Made by a program: the position numbers and the translations under genes | Notes under the pieces: model-generated | What the model was told of the DNA's origin: nothing | The model's input: only the letters and a program-made list of their open reading frames with translations | Database searches by the model: none | Assembly: GCA_964560525.1 (NCBI GenBank) | Contig: CAZLLO010000001.1 | Span: forward strand, 6,656-70,655 | Direction of reading: 5' to 3' | DNA: 64,000 bases | Source of the DNA: an uncultured Candidatus Saccharibacteria bacterium | GTDB lineage: Bacteria; Patescibacteriota; Dojkabacteria; SC72 | Shown here: positions 9,001 through 18,617 of the stretch, piece by piece | Layout: every line of letters begins with the position of its first letter | How positions within the stretch are numbered: position 1 is the first letter of the stretch

Positions 9001-9497
9001 CTAACTAAGATATTTTCCCTTTAGTTTTTCTATTCTTGCTTTGTGTTTTTCAACAAACCAATCATCAAGATATGGCAAATATTTTAACTGTATTTCTAAT
9101 GGTAGTTTAAAAAAATTTCCTTGATATACTTTTCGACAGTTTGAACTTCCACAGTTACATTGAAAAACGCCATCGTTATCTCCATTAACAGAATAATCAT
9201 ATGTTATTTCATCTCCCTCTTTTAAGCATAAACATTCCTAACTCCATTTTTTGTTTTAACATAGACATTTGGATCACAAGAATGATTTATATATACTTCA
9301 GGTTCTTGCATTAAAACGATTTTGTCAGAGAAATAATCACAATGAAATTCATGCTGCTCTTTTGTAAGTTTTGACTCATCTGTAACAACATTAGAATCAT
9401 CTATTTTTAATACAAAATCGCCCTCTCTGAAATCTCTACAGGCAAAAACTCCCTTTCCTTGCTTAGCAGATTTTTTTACTTCTACATCGTTAATCAT
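9001..9497 (-). pseudogene. SET-domain (lysine methyltransferase-like) gene split by a single-nucleotide frameshift in an A4/T4 run at 9220-9224.
   Basis: The 9222-9497 ORF gives GKGVFA...INHSCDPN (SET N and NHSC motifs). The downstream frame 9001-9221 gives EGDEITYDYSVNGD...CNCGSSNCRK (SET GEELTxDY motif plus a post-SET Cys cluster). Adding one A restores VYALKEGDEITYDY. Confidence 0.65.
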
Positions 9498-9534
9498 AGA
9501 ATCAATTATACACTTTCTTTATATCCTTTTCTGT

Positions 9535-9580
9535 TCCAGACCCATATGTTCCGTATTATTTCTCTTTTCCCCCGTATTGT
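9535..9580 (+). repeat. Repeat family copy R4.
   Basis: TCCAGACCCATATGTTCCGTATTATTTCTCTTTTCCCCCGTATTGT. Confidence 0.7.
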
Positions 9581-9645
9581 GTAAGTTCTAATAAATTAGT
9601 TCATATTTATTTTCAAACTGTATATCATGCTATATAATGTAAGCC

Positions 9646-10290
9646 ATGGTTATAAAAGCAAAAGCAGTAATATTTGATAGAGATGGTGTAATTATTGATT
9701 CCGATACACTAGTAGGACAATCAATAATTTACGGACTTAGAGAAATTGGTATCGATGTTCCAGAGGATGATATTCCACCTATGGCAGGAAAAAGCGTAGA
9801 TACACTTAGAGATTCTTTATTATCTAAATGGAACTTCAATTTTGATGAATTTCGTGCCATTCAAAGAAAATATTTTTATGACAATTTAGATAACGCTCCC
9901 TATTACACGGATATGGTTGGGTTTATAAAAGATTTACATGCCCAGAATAAAATTCTTGCGCTAACAACATCCGCTGGTAGAGAAGGAACTACCCTAATTT
10001 TAAAGAAAATTGGGATAAATGATATGTTCAATGTTATCATCGCAAAAGAAGATTGTGCTAAGCTGAAACCTGATCCTGAACCATATCTGAAAACAGCTGA
10101 AATGCTTGGTGTCTCACCAGAGGATTGCATAGTAATCGAAGACTCAGCAATAGGTGTTGAAGCAGCAAAAAAAGCTAATATGAAATGTATTGCAATACCA
10201 AATAAACATACGAATAAGCAAGACTTTTCCATAGCAGATTTAGTAGCCAGCTCGGTGGAAGATATAAAAAACAATATTTTAATCTCTTAG
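9646..10290 (+). CDS. HAD-superfamily hydrolase (beta-phosphoglucomutase-like phosphatase).
   Basis: AVIFDRDGVIIDSD is HAD motif I (DxDGV). 214 aa. Confidence 0.7.
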   Translation: MVIKAKAVIFDRDGVIIDSDTLVGQSIIYGLREIGIDVPEDDIPPMAGKSVDTLRDSLLSKWNFNFDEFRAIQRKYFYDNLDNAPYYTDMVGFIKDLHAQNKILALTTSAGREGTTLILKKIGINDMFNVIIAKEDCAKLKPDPEPYLKTAEMLGVSPEDCIVIEDSAIGVEAAKKANMKCIAIPNKHTNKQDFSIADLVASSVEDIKNNILIS

Positions 10291-10322
10291 GTATTTAGGA
10301 ATATTGGGAGCCCATTATGTGT

Positions 10323-10357
10323 TCCAGACCTGTATGTCCCGTATTCATTATCTCCTC
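10323..10357 (+). repeat. Repeat family copy R5.
   Basis: TCCAGACCTGTATGTCCCGTATTCATTATCTCCTC. Sits between the convergent HAD and ABC-permease genes. Confidence 0.65.
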
Positions 10358-11088
10358 TATTGTTTGCTATCACTCTTCATCTTTCTTTTGAATATAGCCA
10401 TTGTTAATGCGTAAACTCCACAGATATATACAAAAATAATTAGAATTGATAAGAAGAGATTTTCTACATTAGAAGCCAATACACCTCTAGTAAGATCAGC
10501 TGCCCATATAAATGGGAGCCCCTTACAAATATATCCAAATACTTTCCCTGCAAGATCTATAGAGAACCACATACCTGAAGTAAATGCTACTAATTGGATC
10601 ACGATACTACCTAGAGGGCCAGAGGATTTATCAGTAGATATACATCCTACAAGAACTCCCAAACCAATAAATAAGATAGAAATAGGAATTAAAACCAATA
10701 TTGCCCATAAAATGTTAATAGAAAAATGCAAACCTAAGAGAATACCCGTAGCAAAGAAAAATACACTCTGAGTAATAGTTAAAGGAAGTAATGCAAGAGA
10801 ATAACCCAAGATATAATCAATTGGCTTCATAGGACTAGAAAATAACCTTGAAAGAAGTGATGTACTCCTATCTCTAGCAACTAGGTTTGCTGTAAACAAA
10901 GATATGAAAGAGAAACTAAACAAAATAATACTAGGTGTGAAATTTCCAATTGAATACTGTTCAACTGGGATATTAAATTGCTGAAATATAATTAGGAAAA
11001 ACAAAGGTAAGAGAATACAAAATACAAGACTCATAGGATCTCTAAGTAATTCTTTTATATTTCTTTCTGCGAAAGCTATCATTCTCAT
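10357..11088 (-). CDS. ABC-2 type transporter permease.
   Basis: 243 aa, about 6 TM segments. Abuts the ATPase gene (2-nt gap). Confidence 0.6.
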   Translation of the reverse strand: MRMIAFAERNIKELLRDPMSLVFCILLPLFFLIIFQQFNIPVEQYSIGNFTPSIILFSFSFISLFTANLVARDRSTSLLSRLFSSPMKPIDYILGYSLALLPLTITQSVFFFATGILLGLHFSINILWAILVLIPISILFIGLGVLVGCISTDKSSGPLGSIVIQLVAFTSGMWFSIDLAGKVFGYICKGLPFIWAADLTRGVLASNVENLFLSILIIFVYICGVYALTMAIFKRKMKSDSKQ

Positions 11089-11089
11089 A

Positions 11090-11812
11090 TTATTTATTCC
11101 TTGTTGCTATATTAACAAATGCATCTTCAAAATTTTTAGCATTAGATAATTTAATTAACTCCTTACTTGTTCCAACTTCTAAAAGATGCCCTTCTACCAT
11201 TATTCCAACTCTATCTGCCAACATTTCAGCTTCTTCCATGTAATGAGTTGTTAAAACAATTGTTTTTTTACCCTTTAAACTTTCTATCACTTTCCAAAGC
11301 TCTCTCCTAGCCAAAACATCTAAACCTAAAGTCGGTTCATCTAAAAATATAATCTTGGGATCATTCACAAGAGCCATAGCTATAGAAAGCCTTCTCTGCC
11401 AACCACCCGAAAGTGTCTTAGCACTTTGTTTTCGCACCTCTTCCAAGCCAAATTCTCCTATCAACCCTTCTACGATATTCTTTGTATTTCCTATTTCATA
11501 AATACCTGATATGAAATATAGATTCTCTTCAACTGAAAGATTGGGTGCAATTGCAGTTTCTTGTGGGCTTACATTTACAATATTTTTTACACTATTAGAA
11601 TCTTTAACAATACTGCTACCACACAATAAAGCATCCCCACTACTAGGTGTTAACAAACACGTTAGTATCTTAATTAAAGTAGTTTTACCAGCACCATTTA
11701 CACCAAGCAATGCAAATAGCTCACCCTCGTGGATATCTAAATTAACATCATTGACAGCAACTTTCTGTCCGAAATTTTTTACAATATGTTTTATTTCGAT
11801 AGAATTTGTCAT
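11090..11812 (-). CDS. ABC transporter ATP-binding protein.
   Basis: Walker A GVNGAGKTT, signature LSGGWQRR, Walker B IIFLDEPT. Confidence 0.85.
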   Translation of the reverse strand: MTNSIEIKHIVKNFGQKVAVNDVNLDIHEGELFALLGVNGAGKTTLIKILTCLLTPSSGDALLCGSSIVKDSNSVKNIVNVSPQETAIAPNLSVEENLYFISGIYEIGNTKNIVEGLIGEFGLEEVRKQSAKTLSGGWQRRLSIAMALVNDPKIIFLDEPTLGLDVLARRELWKVIESLKGKKTIVLTTHYMEEAEMLADRVGIMVEGHLLEVGTSKELIKLSNAKNFEDAFVNIATRNK

Positions 11813-12030
11813 TATCTTTTTGTCTTACTTTTAATAGTATTTCCTGTTAAGTCTTCAAAATGCTCAGATTTAACAATTGCTATCCCCTTTTTCTTGTCTG
11901 CCAACATCACAATAGAATCGCCAGGATTAATTTCAAACATATCACGAATATCCTTAGGGATTACTATTTGTCCTCTTTCGCCTACTTTGCAAACTCCAAT
12001 ATATTTATCTTTTGGCATATTTATATTCAA
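11812..12030 (-). CDS. AbrB/MazE (SpoVT-AbrB) family DNA-binding protein.
   Basis: GERGQIVIPKDIR swapped-hairpin motif. 72 aa. Its stop overlaps the start of the ABC ATPase gene. Confidence 0.6.
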   Translation of the reverse strand: MNINMPKDKYIGVCKVGERGQIVIPKDIRDMFEINPGDSIVMLADKKKGIAIVKSEHFEDLTGNTIKSKTKR

Positions 12031-12094
12031 GGTAAAATTTCATATTTATCATACTATTCATATTTGAGTCGTGCAAGACAGATTTAATAATTAT

Positions 12095-12115
12095 TCTCAA
12101 TATCGTTTATTGAGA
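12095..12115. promoter_or_regulatory. Perfect 8-bp inverted repeat TCTCAATA-N5-TATTGAGA upstream of the AbrB-ABC operon.
   Basis: Seen directly in the sequence. Lies between the radical SAM gene stop and the abrB-like gene start. A candidate operator or terminator. Confidence 0.3.
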
Positions 12116-12125
12116 TACTATACAA

Positions 12126-13001
12126 TTAGAAATTCCCCATTCTTAATTGCTCACTCTCTCTATTCTTTATTTTGTAATTGTTCTGTATATTATATTTTCT
12201 TTTATACTTGCTTACCCTAATATAAAAGACCTCCCTGTACTCCCTACTAACAAATCCTCCCTTGTACAACTCCAAATATTTTTTAAAATATTCTGGAAAC
12301 TCCCTCTCAATAAAGCCAAGAAAATGACTCTTAGTAACACCCCTTAGATTTAGTATCTGACACAAAACATAATCTATTGGCACAGATGATATATGACTAA
12401 ATAAATCATCAAGATTTTCATCGGTATCAGTTAAGAGAGGTAAAAAAGGCATCGCTAAAACACCTAAGTTAACATTTGTTTTTCTAAACTCTTTTAATAC
12501 CTCCAATCTCTCAGTAGGCTTAGAAGCTCCAGGCTCTGTTTTAGGATATATATTTGAATCAAAGGTTGTAAGAGATACTGCCAAACTTACAGATGCTACA
12601 TTAGAAAGTTCATTCCACAGCTCAATATCTCTTAAAATTAATTTTGATTTCGTAGAGATTGTCACTGGATTCTTGTATTTGATTAATATTTTAAGAATTT
12701 CTGGCATTATTTCTTCCTCTTTTTCGAGTCTCTGATAACTGTCTGTTACACCCCCTAAATTAATAATTTCCCCTTTCCATCTTTTTGAAGATATCTTCTT
12801 TTCGAGTAATTCAGGTATATTATCTTTAACATATATCTCACCAAAGAAATCTCCATCCTCAAGATATCTGTGTGAATATTGTGCATAGCAGTATTGGCAG
12901 TGATGACTACAGCCTCTAAAGATATTTAAATCCCAATTATATGGAAGATATTTCGAGTTGAGTTTATTTAATGCAGATTTGGAATCTATTCTTTTTACCA
13001 T
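12126..13001 (-). CDS. Radical SAM protein, spore-photoproduct-lyase-like DNA repair family.
   Basis: CSHHCQYC is a Cx3Cx2C cluster. A TISTKS motif resembles the SPL ELRTKS motif. 291 aa. Confidence 0.55.
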   Translation of the reverse strand: MVKRIDSKSALNKLNSKYLPYNWDLNIFRGCSHHCQYCYAQYSHRYLEDGDFFGEIYVKDNIPELLEKKISSKRWKGEIINLGGVTDSYQRLEKEEEIMPEILKILIKYKNPVTISTKSKLILRDIELWNELSNVASVSLAVSLTTFDSNIYPKTEPGASKPTERLEVLKEFRKTNVNLGVLAMPFLPLLTDTDENLDDLFSHISSVPIDYVLCQILNLRGVTKSHFLGFIEREFPEYFKKYLELYKGGFVSREYREVFYIRVSKYKRKYNIQNNYKIKNRESEQLRMGNF

Positions 13002-13238
13002 ATTTAATTATATCATCAGTATATTGTTTGAAATGTGAGGGGAACAGATATTTGGTATAATTAAATATGAAAAACAATAAAGAATATTTCTTCATCGACC
13101 TTAATGTCATTGATATGAAAATAGTTAATTGGGGAATATCTAATACAGCAACTCTTACAGGAGAAACAGGAGACAAGGACATTCATAGGATATTTCTAAC
13201 TAAGGGGCAATACAACAAGTTTCTAGCTTACTTAAAGT

Positions 13239-13263
13239 AATCAGAATAGCTTTTATTCTGATT
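13239..13263. promoter_or_regulatory. Perfect 10-bp palindrome AATCAGAATA-N5-TATTCTGATT about 55 bp upstream of the 13318 gene.
   Basis: Seen directly in the sequence. A candidate dimeric transcription-factor operator. Confidence 0.35.
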
Positions 13264-13317
13264 TTGACATAACTATTCCTAATTGATACAGTAGTAAATA
13301 ATCTCATTCATATTAAG

Positions 13318-15165
13318 ATGAAGAAATTAATTCTCCCTCAAATAAAGCTAACTAAGAAGCAAATCCTTTTCATTTGTATTCCCCTTGCCGTTATAATCCT
13401 CCTAGTTATTGGCTTTTTCATACTAAAAGGCATGGGAAAGCTCAACTTTGGAAATAATGTAGAAAATAACCAAACAAAAGAAGGATATGCCAACGACATG
13501 GTAGAAGATCCTGAAGATATATATCAACCGTTTGAGGAATCAAATACAAAAATTAAAATATATGGAGAAATTGGATGGGATAATGAAGGAGGAACAGTAC
13601 CTACATACGTAAATATGAGTAAACAATGCTCAACACAAATTGCATGGGATGAAGTAAACGCATATATAAATGAACATTGGGGCGAAAAAAAGAAAAATGA
13701 ACTAGAATCAGAATATCTAGCATCTAAAGGGCTTTCATATACAAGCTATGATGAATACAGCACAACTTTTACGAATCCTCCACACACCCGTCTTACTGGA
13801 GAAGCAACCGAGGTTGAAAATCACTGTATCATTAGCACATCTTCAGGTTTTGATATATCAAGGACATGGAACGAAGAAGAACACAACTTTACTCAAAATC
13901 CTATGTTAAGTGCATATGTAGAATTACCTGATGGTTCTTTACTCACAATGAATGACTCTTCTACATTTCAGATAAATGTATATGATAATGAAATAAGAGT
14001 TGTACTAGAAGAAGGTTTAGGATATTTTAGAATAGCTGAACAAAAAGATGGAAAGACTTTTGCAGTTCAAGTCGGAGATAAGGTATACAAGACACAAGGA
14101 GGAACAGAGCTTTATGTTTACTCTGTATCATATATTAACCGATCACAAGCATTCAAAACAGAATTCGCTATCTTTGCAGATACAGAGGGATATGATGGAT
14201 TTCAGACATACTTCAACCAAGAGGCAACAGAACGGAGCCAAGCATATCTAGCAGGAATAAAGACAATAGCTGGAGATGGAGAAATATACCAGAGAGGTAC
14301 TAACAATAAGATCGAGAAATCAGAGAATGAATACAGATTCGCCTACTACTACAAATATACATATACAACAGATAGTATAAAGGGCGGGTACACACGCAAT
14401 GCCAACGAAGTACCAACTCTCTCATCATTTGGTACATATGTTAGCAATGATCTTGATACAGGTCTTAATTTGAATATTAATAACTCAAGCAGAGAATACT
14501 ATGACTTCTTTGTACGAGATCAAAAAGCATTGAATAAGATTGGACAAGGCTTTGAGAATATCGTAAAGAACAACAATGGAAATATATCCAAGATGATGAA
14601 AGAGTATGTAGTATATTACACAAATCTTGGAACTAAACAGTTAGCAGAGAGAGCAGCTACCGAGGAAAAAGATACTCGTCCATGTAGCGGTGTATGGTTT
14701 CTGGAAGATTCTCCTACCTGTGGCTGTAAAACAGGCTGGACATACATCAAAGAAGCCAAAGGTTGCTGCCCTAGTGGCTCAACATATTCAACAAGTCAAA
14801 ATAAATGTATAACTACAACAATAATATCTAGATGTCCATCGGGGACATATAGTGTTGGCAATAATAAATGTTGTAAAACAGGGTCTAAATTATCTAGTGA
14901 TGGTACTAAATGTGTATCCAGTACGAATAAATCAGACAAAACACCAACGTATTATCCAGATAGTGGGACAACAAGTTCTGGAACATCTGGTAGTACAGGT
15001 TCCTCTTCCAGTTCAACAGGTGGTAGTTGCCAAGCACAAGATATGGAAGCCTGTTTCGAGATGGGCATTATGAAAGATCAATGCCCGGGTGGTGCAGCAG
15101 GTCCTGGATTCTATGTAAAAAATGGACAATGTTGCCAAACAGTAAAAATGGAATGCGTTGACTAA
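13318..15165 (+). CDS. Secreted or membrane-anchored protein with a Ser/Gly/Thr-rich linker and a Cys-rich C-terminal repeat region.
   Basis: N-terminal TM segment. Repeated CCPSGSTYS...NKC / RCPSGTYS..NKCC motifs. SGTSGSTGSSSSS linker. Confidence 0.5.
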   Translation: MKKLILPQIKLTKKQILFICIPLAVIILLVIGFFILKGMGKLNFGNNVENNQTKEGYANDMVEDPEDIYQPFEESNTKIKIYGEIGWDNEGGTVPTYVNMSKQCSTQIAWDEVNAYINEHWGEKKKNELESEYLASKGLSYTSYDEYSTTFTNPPHTRLTGEATEVENHCIISTSSGFDISRTWNEEEHNFTQNPMLSAYVELPDGSLLTMNDSSTFQINVYDNEIRVVLEEGLGYFRIAEQKDGKTFAVQVGDKVYKTQGGTELYVYSVSYINRSQAFKTEFAIFADTEGYDGFQTYFNQEATERSQAYLAGIKTIAGDGEIYQRGTNNKIEKSENEYRFAYYYKYTYTTDSIKGGYTRNANEVPTLSSFGTYVSNDLDTGLNLNINNSSREYYDFFVRDQKALNKIGQGFENIVKNNNGNISKMMKEYVVYYTNLGTKQLAERAATEEKDTRPCSGVWFLEDSPTCGCKTGWTYIKEAKGCCPSGSTYSTSQNKCITTTIISRCPSGTYSVGNNKCCKTGSKLSSDGTKCVSSTNKSDKTPTYYPDSGTTSSGTSGSTGSSSSSTGGSCQAQDMEACFEMGIMKDQCPGGAAGPGFYVKNGQCCQTVKMECVD

Positions 15166-15191
15166 TTAGATAATTTATTAAAAAAATATAT

Positions 15192-15704
15192 ATGAACAGT
15201 AATCAAATATTATTTCTCCTAATAAATATATTAGGTGGTGTAGCCGTGATTTTAAGCTATATTATTGGCTTCAAATCTGCAAAAGGACCTGAAACACTTT
15301 GGGGAGGAGTTCCAAAAAAATTACGCAATCTCTATACTTTCTCCATCCTAACCAGTGCTGTAGCTTATTTTGTTTTTTCATCATACATATTTAAAATGCT
15401 CGCTGGAAATGTAGACCTCTCTTTCTTCTACTATATATATGCCACCCTTCTAACCGCTTCAGCTCTCTGGCTTCCACTTGTTAATATGATGGCTAAGAAA
15501 AATAGAAAGTGGACATGGATTAGTATTAGAACAGTATTAGTTTTAACTTCGTTTTCATTCTTTCTTCTCTTGGTAATATTACTATGCACAGTACCAACAG
15601 GCATACACTATTACATTTCTGTAATAGGGCTAGTATTTGCGACTCTTCATACAGGAGTATTAGATGCAATACTATGGCCTCACTACTGGAAAACCAGGAA
15701 ATAA
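15192..15704 (+). CDS. Small polytopic membrane protein.
   Basis: 170 aa, 4-5 hydrophobic segments. Confidence 0.45.
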   Translation: MNSNQILFLLINILGGVAVILSYIIGFKSAKGPETLWGGVPKKLRNLYTFSILTSAVAYFVFSSYIFKMLAGNVDLSFFYYIYATLLTASALWLPLVNMMAKKNRKWTWISIRTVLVLTSFSFFLLLVILLCTVPTGIHYYISVIGLVFATLHTGVLDAILWPHYWKTRK

Positions 15705-15765
15705 CGTAGATGTTAAAAAACGGTTTAGAAGTCAACTTCTCTAAGGTATACTTAAGATACCAAAC

Positions 15766-17664
15766 ATGAATATCAAAAATACAAAACACATAATCCTGTG
15801 TGCCATACTCTTTGTAATAATCCTACTCGGCCCTATTCTCGTGTTCTTTCTAATCACACAAAAAGAACTAACTACAAATACAAAAAGTATAAAACCAATC
15901 GATAAGTTTTGCATTCAAGGAACATTCCTCTTTCCAACCCTTTATGAAGTAAAAGCTTCATTTCCTACAGAAGTAGAAATAAGAGATAAAACAACTATTT
16001 TCAATAAGATAGATATTTTCGCCAAAGAAATATGCTTAAAACCCAATACCACACTCTCAGCCAATACTCCATATATTCTTACCCTCTCATACCTTGGAGT
16101 CTTTCAAAAGGAAATAAAAATACTAACGACGGACTATCCACAGATAAAAGAACCTAACCCAAAAACAACAATAGATCCTAATCAAATAATTACATACGAA
16201 TTAGATTATACCTCCGAATCTCTAAACTACACCCTTGTTCTAGACGATACCAAGACCCTCTGTACTAAAGAAAATAATCTCGTACATTGTAATATTGCTT
16301 CCCTTAATCTAAGACCAGATAGTGCACACAAGTTAAACCTGGTATCCTCGAATAAGACAGAGACTGTAAATACGCTAATTTCGACCAATATTACAGTACT
16401 CTCTCCTGTTAACATAGTTTCTACAAGCATACAACAAAATGAGATCATACAGAGTCTTTCAATCCCAGAAATAAAGATAACTTTAAATAAAGAGATAGAT
16501 AAAAATTTCAACACTATACTTGAGGATAACTTGAAGAATAAGGTCACATGCAAAGCTTCTGTTACAGGATCTAAGATTTTCATACAACCTCAAAGCACAT
16601 TTAAACAAAATACAGCATATACTCTAAAGCTTAATCAACTTATTGGTTTAGATGGAAGCCAATTAGAGAAAGAATATACTTTAGAGTTTTCCATAGGTAA
16701 TGGTCCGAAAATTACAAAAACGAATACAAGTAGTGCATTTCCAACAACAGGAAACATAGTAATCACATTTAATCAAAACCTTAAAAACTCACAAGATATT
16801 AAGAAATTCATAACGTTGAATTCCGGAACCGATTACTCATATACCATTAGCAAGAATAAGATAACTATAAACCCAAGCCATAGCTTAACTCTATGCAAGA
16901 AATATAGTTTGAACATAGCAAAGGGACTCAAAGGAAGTACCAACCTGATATCCACCTCTAATTCTTCATATACTTTTAAAACAACGTGTAAAAGAACTGT
17001 TCCAATTGGAACATCCGTACAAGGAAGAAGCATCTACGCGTATTACTTTGGTACTGGTAGTAAAAAGATTGTATTCTTTGGCTCAATACATGGATCTGAA
17101 GCAAATACTAAAACAACTCTTAATAGATGGGTAACAGAGTTAGAGAATAATAACAGTAGAATTCCATCAGACAAAACCATCATCGTTATACCGACAGTTA
17201 ATCCTGATGGAATAGCAAACAAGAGTAGATTTAATGCTAATGGTGTGGACTTGAATAGAAATTTTGATACTACCAATTGGGTAACAGGCACATACCTTCA
17301 AACTCATTTCTATCCTACTGGTGGAGGATCTAATCCATTCTCTGAGCCAGAGAGTCAGGATATTAGAAACCTCATAAACAGAGAAAATCCATATATTACA
17401 CTTACATACCATTCTGCAGCAGGATATGTGATACCTACAAATACAGGCACAGGTGTAGCATTGGGAAAAATATATTCTCAGTTATCTGGATACAGATATG
17501 TTGCCCCTGGCACGACTGGTTCTTTTACATATGATATTACTGGTACTTTCGAAGAATGGGCTGAAGAGCATGGGCACAATGCCTTGGTAATAGAGCTTTC
17601 CAGTGCATACTATGATCAATTTATACAAAATAGCAAAGCTATGTGGAGAATGGTTGAAAACTAA
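15766..17664 (+). CDS. Membrane-anchored protein with Ig-like repeats and a C-terminal M14 zinc-carboxypeptidase domain.
   Basis: HGSEA (HxxE), NPDG, DLNRNF and a downstream His are the M14 signature. N-terminal TM. Confidence 0.65.
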   Translation: MNIKNTKHIILCAILFVIILLGPILVFFLITQKELTTNTKSIKPIDKFCIQGTFLFPTLYEVKASFPTEVEIRDKTTIFNKIDIFAKEICLKPNTTLSANTPYILTLSYLGVFQKEIKILTTDYPQIKEPNPKTTIDPNQIITYELDYTSESLNYTLVLDDTKTLCTKENNLVHCNIASLNLRPDSAHKLNLVSSNKTETVNTLISTNITVLSPVNIVSTSIQQNEIIQSLSIPEIKITLNKEIDKNFNTILEDNLKNKVTCKASVTGSKIFIQPQSTFKQNTAYTLKLNQLIGLDGSQLEKEYTLEFSIGNGPKITKTNTSSAFPTTGNIVITFNQNLKNSQDIKKFITLNSGTDYSYTISKNKITINPSHSLTLCKKYSLNIAKGLKGSTNLISTSNSSYTFKTTCKRTVPIGTSVQGRSIYAYYFGTGSKKIVFFGSIHGSEANTKTTLNRWVTELENNNSRIPSDKTIIVIPTVNPDGIANKSRFNANGVDLNRNFDTTNWVTGTYLQTHFYPTGGGSNPFSEPESQDIRNLINRENPYITLTYHSAAGYVIPTNTGTGVALGKIYSQLSGYRYVAPGTTGSFTYDITGTFEEWAEEHGHNALVIELSSAYYDQFIQNSKAMWRMVEN

Positions 17665-17703
17665 AAGCCACATAAATATCATATACCTGTTAGAATGTAG
17701 CAT

Positions 17704-18078
17704 ATGACAAATACCAAAAAGCAATTTACTACTATCGATGAATATATTTCCTCCTTTCCCAAAGAAGATCAGCTTCTTCTTCAACAATTTAGAGAAGCGA
17801 TTAAGAGTGTTGCTCCTGAAGCCACAGAGATTATTAAGTATCAGATGCCTACATTCATACTTAATGGTGATTTAGTATATTTCGCAGGATATGCACATCA
17901 TATTGGTTTCTATCCTACACCCTCAGGTATCGTTGCATTCAAGAAGAAACTTGTAAAATATGTTACCTCAAAGGGAGCTATTCAATTTCCTATTAGAAAA
18001 CAGATACCATTTAACTTAGTAAAGGAGATTGTAAAATTTAGAGTACAAGAAAACCAGAAAAGAGAACATACCAAATAG
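17704..18078 (+). CDS. DUF1801 (YdhG-like) domain protein.
   Basis: TIDEYI...YQMPTF...YFAGYAHHIGFYP pattern. Confidence 0.5.
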   Translation: MTNTKKQFTTIDEYISSFPKEDQLLLQQFREAIKSVAPEATEIIKYQMPTFILNGDLVYFAGYAHHIGFYPTPSGIVAFKKKLVKYVTSKGAIQFPIRKQIPFNLVKEIVKFRVQENQKREHTK

Positions 18079-18126
18079 CACAATACATGCTACTATATGT
18101 ATGTATTAATTTAGTTCATCATAAAT

Positions 18127-18609
18127 ATGGCATATCCAAATGAGTGTTGTCCAAAATTTGACCCTACTCCATGGCAAAATAAAGAGCATGTCTGGAAAGA
18201 TAAACTCTTTGTAAAAAAAGATGTAAATCAAATCTTCCACTTGCCACTTAACATGGGCAAAGTTATAACCGAAATGTTTGATAAAGTTCAGAAAGCTGGT
18301 GCAGAAACATCTGGAGAAGAATTTCTAATGCTTGCATATGATCCTTCACCATGGAAATCAGAAATGTATATATCAGTAACAAAGGAAGTCCCTAATATCG
18401 AGAATGTAAAACTCTCTGGCAAATATATTAGTAAAGTCTTTGATGGTCCATACAATGCAGTCCCTAGTTGGATTGCAGAATTTGAATTGTATTTAAAAGA
18501 AAAGAATCTGAAAGCTTTAAGATATTACTTCTACTACACTACATGCCCGAAGTGTGCTAAGAAATACGGACATAACTATGTTGTAGCTTTTGCACAAACA
18601 GAGAAATAG
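18127..18609 (+). CDS. Hypothetical protein.
   Basis: 160-aa ORF with a C-terminal CPKC motif. Confidence 0.4.
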   Translation: MAYPNECCPKFDPTPWQNKEHVWKDKLFVKKDVNQIFHLPLNMGKVITEMFDKVQKAGAETSGEEFLMLAYDPSPWKSEMYISVTKEVPNIENVKLSGKYISKVFDGPYNAVPSWIAEFELYLKEKNLKALRYYFYYTTCPKCAKKYGHNYVVAFAQTEK

Positions 18610-18617
18610 ACAAGTAA

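Noticed and set aside
7633-10357. Possible CRISPR array suggested by regularly recurring ~30-bp repeats.
   Set aside because: The spacers are 100-830 bp and contain complete genes. The repeat copies are imperfect and of variable length. No cas genes are present. This is not CRISPR.
7600-10400. Integron (intI plus attI plus attC cassettes) interpretation of the repeat-bounded genes.
   Set aside because: No integron-type tyrosine recombinase is in the window, and the repeats lack attC-like imperfect palindromic structure. The idea is kept only as a loose analogy in the findings.
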